Shown here in pieces: positions 21,005 to 29,598 of a stretch of DNA of 36,551 nucleotides. Below the pieces are notes generated by a model that was not told the origin of the DNA, did no database searches, and saw only the letters and a program-made list of their open reading frames with translations. The stretch comes from Aduncisulcus paluster. Lineage: Eukaryota. The DNA is taken from contig BQXS01010791.1 of NCBI GenBank assembly GCA_024181965.1, positions 1 to 36,551 of the forward strand. The letters are read 5' to 3'. A program made the position numbers and the translations under genes. Each line of letters starts with the position of its first letter. Positions within the stretch are counted from its first letter, which is position 1.

Positions 21005-22397
21005 ATGAGCGTATGTTGTTTGAATATAATGCTTTATTTTGATTTATGCTATGATTTTCTGTTTTACTTTTTGAATCACTCTATAGATAGTGCATCATAC
21101 TCAATGTGTAATTAGGATCATAATGATCCACATATTTTTATTAATCAGTATTATTTATAATGTAACATCAATTACAGTTTTTGACGCAGTGTTTGTTCCA
21201 GAAACAGGTTGTCGAGATAGGATTGGATCGTCATATGCGGAAAAACTCTCTGCTCCCTTTTCATCTGCATGTCTTGATTTAGGTATTTACATCACTTTTC
21301 CTGAAACAGCATTCTCATTGTGGCTTTGTGAAGGAGCTAGTGTTAGTATTGGAAGTTGTTATGGAGCTGAGCCATATCTTCTTTATGATGACACATACGA
21401 GACCGATCAAGAATATTTCATTGCCCTCCCGGAATCTTTGCCATGTGGAGGAGAGTTTATTGTTGTTCTTACCGAAGGTGACAATCCAACAGATCCTGTT
21501 CTTGCATACACAGATCCTCCATTCTCCATTTCTGAGATGATGTACTTTGGTGATTCAGTCATTGTTCCAACCGAACCGGGAGTTGTCACCGCAAGGATGT
21601 ACCTGTCATGTCGTGTCGCTGGAGTTATTGATACATTCACTCCCTCATTCTCTGATGAGTCCACGAAACCTGTTGATTATTCTTTTGAAATTCAAACATC
21701 TTCCATAATAGACATGAAAATTAAGATAACTGAGGGCATTAGAGCAGCTCCCATTACTTTAACTGGCGTGACTGCTCATATCCGTCCCAGCAATACTGGT
21801 CCCCTGTGTCCCTCAGATGATGTATATATAACAACTTATTCATATATTGAGCCTGAAATATGGTCAGAATCCTCCGTTTCCATCATCACAGGTCAGCATA
21901 TTAATCCCATATCTCCTTTCCTCTCTTCGCCTCCTCTTAGTATCACTTGGCCATGGTGTGATGCTCCAATTGGATTAGCCATTAATTGGTATGTAACAAC
22001 AGTAATATTTGCCGTGGTCACAGTTCTTTTGGTGATTTTCGTTTGTGTTTGTGTGAGGGCAGGTGTCGAAGAAAAAGAGCATTTTGGAGGACAACGAGGA
22101 AATGGAGTTGGATGTTATCACATGAAAGACCCAGAGTTGATTAAAAATAAGGTCAAACAAGAAGAAAAGGGATTTGAATCGTCTCGTAGTTCGAAATCAG
22201 AACATCCGATTGATAGTGGAATAGAGATGATGAGAGTGAGAAAATCGAGGAAAAGGATTCATAAAATTAACCCTACAGCTGAAATGGATGAAGAGATGGA
22301 TGAAGAAATAAGAGGATACAGCGATATCGATCTCACCGATGAATCTCCAAAAACTCAACCTCTGGTTGTTTGTGACGAGGTTGAACTGAATGAATAA
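21005..22397 (+). CDS. Type I single-pass membrane protein of unknown family; probable exons 21005-21010 and 21087-22397 (alternative start ATG 21123)
   Basis: ATG AGC|GTATGT...CTATAG|ATA GTG CAT is in frame. Signal-like MIHIFLLISIIYNVTS, Cys-containing ectodomain, TM helix YVTTVIFAVVTVLLVIFVCVCV and a charged tail. Confidence 0.85.
21011..21086 (+). other. Spliceosomal intron (76 nt) after a 2-codon first coding exon
   Basis: GTATGT donor, T-rich body with no internal AG, TAG acceptor, in-frame join. Confidence 0.7.
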
Positions 22398-22721
22398 AGC
22401 ATTTGTGATAAATTTTTTGATAATTGAAGGTTATTTTTGTTTTTATCTAACGTGGATTTTTTTTTCATAAATTTTCCCTTTTTGATATAAATCGAGAAAT
22501 CCAAATATTTATTTGTCAAAAAAATCGTTACTTTTGCAAATTCTACAAAAGAAATTCATTATCTTTCATATATACTTTTTTACTATTTGTTTTCGAGGAA
22601 GGATCAATATGATTAACTAATCGAAGCTTCGATTCCACTTTTTATTTGATTTTTAAAGTTTGTTTATTATATTTCAGTTATGGTTTTTGTTTCTAATCAT
22701 TTTTTATATGTTAAATACAAG

Positions 22722-22788
22722 ATTTGTTTCCAGCTCCTTGATGTTGATGGGAGTGGCACAATTGATCGACAAGAGTTAGAAAGATTAG
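22722..22788 (+). CDS. Isolated EF-hand-encoding exon or gene relic (ICFQLLDVDGSGTIDRQELERL)
   Basis: Canonical 12-residue Ca-binding loop DVDGSGTIDRQE at 22740-22775 with correct flanking F and L. It is preceded by CTAAT (22693) and an AG (22720-22721) and followed by AG|GTAAAA. Confidence 0.55.
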
Positions 22789-22794
22789 GTAAAA

Positions 22795-24276
22795 TTACAC
22801 GAGCTCTTCAACATCTCCTTTTTTTACATCAATATCTTCATGGATATCATCAGACAATAATTTTTTGTTTTCTGATTTCCCATCCATTGCTAAATGCTCA
22901 GCAGATCTCACCTTCAAGATGATTGTGAAAAGAATGGCGCAAATACCTGAAGCTGGCATCATAGAGATGATCCAACCTTGGTAACCCCACTTGTCAATGA
23001 TAGCTCCCATAGGGGCACCAGTTAATCCACTTCCAATCTTCTGGATTCCATCAAGGAGTCCAGAAGCTGTTCCAGTAGCTCCATGTCCAGCAAAGTCCAT
23101 AGCGCAAGTACTAGTGATGATTCCGTGAACTCCTGAGAAGAAGATAGAGATAAGCCCAATCATGACAGAACCAGCATAGTCATTCTGGTAAACGAAAACG
23201 AAAATGAACTGCATAACAAACACACCGCAAGTATTGAACAGAGCCACAGGCTGACGTTGAGCGTTACAGAAAAGATCAGAAATAACACCAGCGAGCAGAG
23301 ATCCGAACATTCCACCGATTGTTACTCCGTTGGCGGCAAGGATGTAAGGAATGGAGTTTGTATCATCTCCAAGGGAATTGAAATAGCTTGGATACCATGA
23401 AAGGATACCATCTCTGAACCATCCAATAAGAATCTCACATGCACCAAGGAAGTAGAAAATCTTCTGAGACAAGATTGGCTTGATAACTTCTCTGAAAGGA
23501 GGACGGGCATCACGGATCTGGGGATCATCTCCACGAAGAGTGAACAATTCATCTGCTGTGAACTTGTGCTCGGGGATAGCTGATGTGACCATCCAATCAA
23601 GGAAGAACATGATGAAGAGGGTGATGGCTGGGATATAGAACAGGAAGGGAGTAGGCAAAACGTCAAGAATTAAACCATTCACCTGGAAGGACAAGAAGAA
23701 ACCAAAACTGATAACAACTCCAAAGATTCCAGAGAAGAAACCTCTCTCAGAGATGTGGTACCAGTTCACACCAGCTTTACAGATAGAACTTGTGGAGAAT
23801 GTCTGGAAGAAGTTGTTGATGGCATACAAAATGGAGAGAACAACAACGAACTTAGTCCCAGTGAAATTGGTTTTCTGGGCTCCGTAAATGTAAGCTCCCA
23901 TTACAACATTCATCATACCACTTCCGGAAGTTCCGATCATAATACCCTTCTTGGCACCAATACGATCGACAATGAACCCATTCATGACCACGAATACAGC
24001 ATAAGCCCAGAAACCAACGGTGATAACAATACCAAGGTCATTTACACCAAAGTCCTGCTCAAGCTGAGAATACCCGCTGAGGACATTGATGTTATATCTT
24101 CCCATGTAACTCAGAGCGTATGAGAAACCAATAAGGCACCAGTTTAGTGTTCTGTACTTCGTGAAGTTCTTGGGATGTCCCATTGGATTTCTTTGTGTAT
24201 CAGCGATAATAGCACCTGATACGATGGCAATAGTGAGAGTCCATGTGACAATCTGAGCAATAGTTGAAGGATCCAT
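22795..24276 (-). CDS. MFS transporter of the GlpT/UhpC (organophosphate:Pi antiporter)-like group
   Basis: 493 aa with ~12 TM helices plus an extra N-terminal hydrophobic helix. YALSYMGRYN in TM1, MFS motif A 'GFIVDRIGAK', 'NWYHISERG', 'GVISDLF...RQP' and 'GTASGLLDG'. Confidence 0.9.
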   Translation of the reverse strand: MDPSTIAQIVTWTLTIAIVSGAIIADTQRNPMGHPKNFTKYRTLNWCLIGFSYALSYMGRYNINVLSGYSQLEQDFGVNDLGIVITVGFWAYAVFVVMNGFIVDRIGAKKGIMIGTSGSGMMNVVMGAYIYGAQKTNFTGTKFVVVLSILYAINNFFQTFSTSSICKAGVNWYHISERGFFSGIFGVVISFGFFLSFQVNGLILDVLPTPFLFYIPAITLFIMFFLDWMVTSAIPEHKFTADELFTLRGDDPQIRDARPPFREVIKPILSQKIFYFLGACEILIGWFRDGILSWYPSYFNSLGDDTNSIPYILAANGVTIGGMFGSLLAGVISDLFCNAQRQPVALFNTCGVFVMQFIFVFVYQNDYAGSVMIGLISIFFSGVHGIITSTCAMDFAGHGATGTASGLLDGIQKIGSGLTGAPMGAIIDKWGYQGWIISMMPASGICAILFTIILKVRSAEHLAMDGKSENKKLLSDDIHEDIDVKKGDVEELV

Positions 24277-24941
24277 ACTCTTTAGGTTGACGTGTGATTA
24301 AAAACCCATCTGAAAATCCATTTCTTCCCAATCCAGAATAGATCTTGAGAATATAAAATCTAGGCCAAAATAATGATGATTTTTTCGTAATTTTATGTTT
24401 ATTGTGGATATTTCTTTTTTTTTATAAAGATATTTTAATTTTTTTATGATTGATTTTGCCCACAAGGAAAAAATGTCTGTGGATTGTGTAATTGAATGAT
24501 ATTTCAAAAATTATTTTATTTTTAAAATAATTTTGGATTATTTCATTCTAATTTAACAATCTAATTTTTTGTTAATTTTCTATTTCTTCGTTTTTTGGTT
24601 ATCTCTTGTAATTAGTTTTAAAAAAACGAATATTATTGCATCCTTTCGCTAAAACACAGTTTTAAGTGCTTTATTCAGGTATAGTTTTGTAATTTTCAAA
24701 CCTCTGCCCTCTTTAGGCGAGATGTTTTTTACGTGACTTAAGATATTGTGATTTTATTTATTTTATTCGTTATACATTTTATTCTTAATAAATTGAATTG
24801 ATATTTGCAATTAGAACTTCACTGGATCAATCAGGTGATTGGATTTTGACCTGCCAAGCTACTGGCTTAGTTTTTTTGCTTGTATAAGCTCAAATATTTT
24901 TTTAACGTTCAAAATTATTTATAAATATGCATAAACATATA

Positions 24942-27313
24942 ATGCGTATGTTTTCATTATGATTACCGTTTTGGTTTTGCTGATTTTGTGTGGTGGATTG
25001 ATTTCTCTACTTGAACGGTATTATTCCATCTAAATAATATTTTTTGAAATTAATATTGCTAATGATATTTTATCTTCTATTTTTTATATCATTTTATTAT
25101 ACTTTGTTTCGTACCATCTATTCTATCTGTGACATTTATTTTCCTAAAAATATGATGAAATATTCTAAATTTCAATGATTAAATCAATCTTTGAATTCAT
25201 TTTTATTTCCAAAGCAACTGATTCTTCCCAGGAATCTTCAAAATCAATTTCATCCTCTGTAAATGAATATTCCAGAAGTGAAATGCAAAGAATATATGAA
25301 AATATGAAGTTCTCTAAGAGCGTTTCTTCAACTATTGTATCAATAATTTCCTCAAACATCAAGACACTATCCCCTCAAGCATATGCAAAAGCTCAACGCA
25401 GTTTTACAAAATATCAGAGTTCTCATTCATACACTCCAAAATTTAGTCATAGCACCAGTTTGCGGTCATATTCTTCTCAAGAATCTCTTCCATCTCAGGC
25501 TCATTCGTCCCATTACAAAAATCGCAGTCAGTCTGCCCACACACATTATTCAGAGAAACCTCATGATGATATATCGAAGGAATCATGGGTTGCCGAGGAA
25601 ATGCGTGGAATTGGCGATGAAGCTCTTGAGGCTATCGCCAATGATATTAATGAAAATCTCGACAAGCATCTCCAACAACACGCCGAAGAATTTGAGAAAA
25701 TCGACTGGGATGAGGACGAAGACACTGATGAATATGATATTTTCTGTCCCGATGACTTTGAGAAAAAACGGCAAGAATTGGTCGGTGATGGTCTGGACGA
25801 TTCTTCCCCAACCGCTTCAAACCATCAAATTGATCCACAAAAACCTCACGAGTTGCGTCGTGGTACTGGTCGAGATTCTGATCCTAGCCGTCCTACTCTT
25901 GTTGAAGAAGATATTGGTGGTGAATCCGATCTTCCTCCGGGCATCGCCATTGAAACTTCCCTAAAACCTGACCCCCTGATGCCTATATCTGCTCAAATTT
26001 CCCAAGAACACCCAGACAAAGGATATCAAAACTCTCAATTCCCTCCTTTACTTGCCCCTGTACCTCCCTCAACCTCCGGTGGCATGTCTTCTTCAATGGT
26101 TCTCCCTCCTGCAAACTTTGGAAGATCCTCTAAAGTCTTAGATCCTGGTATGGGTCAATCACGGCCGTCTTTGCACCAGGATCATCAGAGCTTGCCCCAG
26201 CCCCCCCGTCAAGACGCTCCCATGTCTTCTCTTCAAATTCAGCAACGAGAACACGCTTTTAAACAATACATTCAAGAAATAACGCAAGAAATTATGACTA
26301 CAAAGAAATGGTTTGATGATTGTGTTGGTAAAATGGCTGCCGTGGAAAGCGAGCGAAAAAGGGCGCAAGACTGGCTAGCGAATGCCGAATCCATCAGAGC
26401 CACTGTGCCAGATCAGCACATGCAGCAATATAGAGAGAATGTTGTCAGAGCTCAACAGCATGTAACCAAAATGACTAATGAATGGAGACAATTGCAGAAG
26501 AGTGCCGTTGAGATCCAAAAACGAGGGAATAGCCTCGTCCAGCAACAAAAAGAGATGCAAGATCAATATAAATATTTCCAATATAAACTTAGTCAGATGT
26601 ATAGTGGTCCCTCCCTGCAACCTCCTCCTCCATCTCATCTGTACATTGGTTCTGATCCAAGATACCATGATCATGGGCCAAGAGATGGTGCATCTGATCC
26701 ACAACAATACCCACATCATACTGAGATGCCATCTGATACCTCCCAACCTCCCCGTGGAGTCCCACCTCCAATATCTATGTCTGGAGCCCACCCCTCTTAC
26801 CATCAATCATCTGGATACACGCTACATCACCCTCAGATGTATGGTGATATTCCTCAACAACAACCAAGGGGCCTTGACATGATCCCTGGACCTCATCATC
26901 CTTCTCTTCACCAAGCTCCAGCTTCTCCCATGGGTTCTAGACCTCAGTATCCACCTGGTATGCTTCATCAGGGCCCTATGCATTCTCAGCACCCTGTGCC
27001 ACCTGGAATGAGACCCGCACATCCCTCAACTGGACAATATCCTCAGGTTGGGGTCTACAGTGGTGCGATGGAAGACCCTCGTGCAGCTCATCACTCTTCT
27101 CAGCCTCTTGCTCCCTCCACGCCTCGTCGTGCAGACACCCTTTCAACACATCATGTCATATTGTCTCAGCCTCTCGGTCGCACTATAGCCTCTCCGAGTG
27201 ATCTGAGGAGTACAGCTCAATCAAAGGAAACCCTGGATCGGAATGCACAAGCCGTGGATGCTCTTTTGGACCAGTTAAAGATATCCCCACAGAGACCTCC
27301 TAAACGGGAGTAG
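24942..27313 (+). CDS. Pro/Gln/His/Ser-rich low-complexity protein with a central coiled coil; probable exons 24942-24945 and 25215-27313 (~700 aa)
   Basis: Long ORF 25175-27313. ATG C|GTATGT...CCAAAG|CA ACT gives in-frame MPTDSSQES. Q/E/K heptad-rich segment at ~26235-26600. Confidence 0.85.
24946..25214 (+). other. Spliceosomal intron (269 nt) immediately after the start codon
   Basis: GTATGT donor. I found no AG dinucleotide in the body before 25213-25214. The phase-1 join is in frame. Confidence 0.7.
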
Positions 27314-28050
27314 TTGAATATCTAAATGTGAAGAAAATAGATGCGTAATTTTATCATTGTGATATTTGGGATTTCAAAAAATCGATCTATTTCGTTTATT
27401 ATATAGTATTTTCTGAGATTTTTTTTTTTTTTGAATGTTTCCAATCAAATAACATTTTGACCAGAATTATTTTCATATTGATGAATCCAAATTTAGATCG
27501 TCTACTATCTCATTCTGATCATTTCGTCATTCAATTAAAGCATAATTACTATTTTAATATTGTGGAACTTATTTAAATTATTAATATATCATTAATATAT
27601 TTCAAATGTGTATAATATCCATAACTCAGAAAACAATGATTTCTGTTGGTTGTCATTTTCCCTCGAAATTGTCAACCTGAAGAGTAAACTTTATCCCCAA
27701 TAAAACGGTTGATCGATATGCCTAGATTTGTAGCACTGATCGAAATTTTGATAATCAAATATTTGAAATATTCAATATTGTTGTTCTCTCCTTTGTTTTG
27801 AAATAGAATGAAGTATCACAATTTGTTTTTGAAGGTCAATATATCCAAAATGTTTGAAAAAAGAAATAAATACGTACATAAGAAATAGACTACAAAATAA
27901 AATGATAAAATGAAGCCCATTGACGAAAAAGATATTGATTCTACAATGTAGAAGCAACATATTGTTTGAAAAAGTGAAATAATTGAAAAAGAAATATGAA
28001 GATGTTGTAGAAATTGAAATTATAATTAATTGAAATTGAAAATATGGAGG

Positions 28051-29151
28051 TTACAATGCCCATATTTTTGTAATGTCAACGTCAGTTTGCTCAATAGCAA
28101 TTCCAAGATAAGAACTATACGATATTTTTGGCTTTTGGATGTCAGATATTCCTTCTTCAGCATCATGAGATTTGTTTTGTTGTTCATCAAAATGGTCAAC
28201 ATATTTTAACAATTTTGTATCATGAAAGAGTTCCGAGTCCTTATCTTCTGATTCAATAGTATCCTCAAGTGTATGGGTAAATATAGGTTCAGGCTGAGTG
28301 TCTTTCTTCATTCTCACTCCATAATCCGGACTTTTTGTCGCAATATCAATGTATTCGCGGAGTGTTTCAAATAGTTTAACACAGCGAGAGGTAGGTTGAA
28401 TCATAAAGGTGTGTTTCTTCATTTCTATTTTCCCACATGACATAACAAGGGGGCATACGAAGAACTTATCGCCAGTTGACGAGGATTTAATATGAATATT
28501 CTTGATTCGACAATATGGAATCGCTATATTAAAAGATAATGAGACATGGGATACCCATATAAACCTCTTATTTGTAAGGATAATATCACCAAGAATTCCT
28601 GAATCATGGTTGAATGAACTCGCACCACATATCGTCTCTTGAATCATCTCTTTGGGAAGTAATCTGAGATCTTGATTATAAAATAAACTTGCTCTTAATT
28701 TTACCTCACGATAACTTCGAGAACTGTTGTATGCAGAGAAAATGCGATGAGCTGTTGTAATCAAACCTGATTTTCCACCATTTTGATAAAATTCAAATCG
28801 ATATTTCTTTCCATCAGATATTGCACTCACAGCTAAGGTGTTTACATCTTCTAATTTGTGCTTTGTCATCCGAACAACTAAATTCTGAACACTATTCCAT
28901 CCAATTGACAAATTTTTGGTATTATGAGCACATAAAAACCAAATCATTCTTAGGTTGGTAAATTGCAACACTCCTTTTCCCTCAGGATGGCCTCTGGAAT
29001 CAACCACATTTTCATATCGGATGAGGATTATTTCTCCGGGTTTCTTAAGGAGATCTGATAATTTTGTACAAAATCTTATTTTTGAATCCGTCCATATCTC
29101 TGTTGGATATTCTTCATAATGCGAACAGCCAATTTTCGCGAAAAATCCCAT
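28051..29151 (-). CDS. BBS5: Bardet-Biedl syndrome 5 protein (BBSome subunit, two PH-like domains), divergent
   Basis: Motifs collinear with BBS5: 'IWTDSKIRF', 'PGE', 'GVLQFTNLRMIW', 'NLSIGWNSV', 'AYNSSRSYREVKLRASL', 'LRLLPKE', 'TNKRFIW...SFNIAIPY', 'LGIAIE'. Confidence 0.92.
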   Translation of the reverse strand: MGFFAKIGCSHYEEYPTEIWTDSKIRFCTKLSDLLKKPGEIILIRYENVVDSRGHPEGKGVLQFTNLRMIWFLCAHNTKNLSIGWNSVQNLVVRMTKHKLEDVNTLAVSAISDGKKYRFEFYQNGGKSGLITTAHRIFSAYNSSRSYREVKLRASLFYNQDLRLLPKEMIQETICGASSFNHDSGILGDIILTNKRFIWVSHVSLSFNIAIPYCRIKNIHIKSSSTGDKFFVCPLVMSCGKIEMKKHTFMIQPTSRCVKLFETLREYIDIATKSPDYGVRMKKDTQPEPIFTHTLEDTIESEDKDSELFHDTKLLKYVDHFDEQQNKSHDAEEGISDIQKPKISYSSYLGIAIEQTDVDITKIWAL

Positions 29152-29598
29152 ATTGTATGAAAAAAAGAATATAATGGTATAAAAATGTCAAAATTAGCTA
29201 TTAATAAGCAAAATTATTTTAAATTATTCAAAAAACTCTTTTGAGAAATCTCTGAATTTGACAAAAATGAAGTTTCTTTCTCATTGGAGCATAAAGTGCA
29301 TAATAAGAACATAATAGCATTGAAATATGCATGTAATTCAAAAAAAAAGAAAAAATTATTCTAATTTATAAGCTTTTACTCCGGATGAGCTATACTGTAC
29401 TATCACAGTATGATACTGTCACACATTTATACTACACATAATGAACTGTAATTACACCTAAGGTGAATGGAGAGATCGAATAATCAAAGATCGAATATAA
29501 TGTATAAAAAAATGAATAGGCATTTCTAAAATAAAATATAAGATGTAAAACACACCACAATGAATGCTATCAGACGATATAAGGGGGGGGATTTTAAT

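Noticed and set aside
22789-22922. Continuation of the EF-hand ORF as an 80-aa unspliced protein overlapping the MFS 3' end
   Set aside because: After ERLG the peptide is just the antisense shadow of the MFS C-terminus, and the part before ICFQ reads like intron sequence.
24959-25033. Short hydrophobic ORF MITVLVLLILCGGLISLLERYYSI
   Set aside because: It lies inside the predicted T-rich intron 24946-25214, and T-rich DNA yields hydrophobic peptides by default.
27700-27760. 'RLIDMPRFVALIE' as a further EF-hand exon
   Set aside because: It lacks the acidic and Gly loop residues, has an in-frame stop upstream and no acceptor; probably chance.
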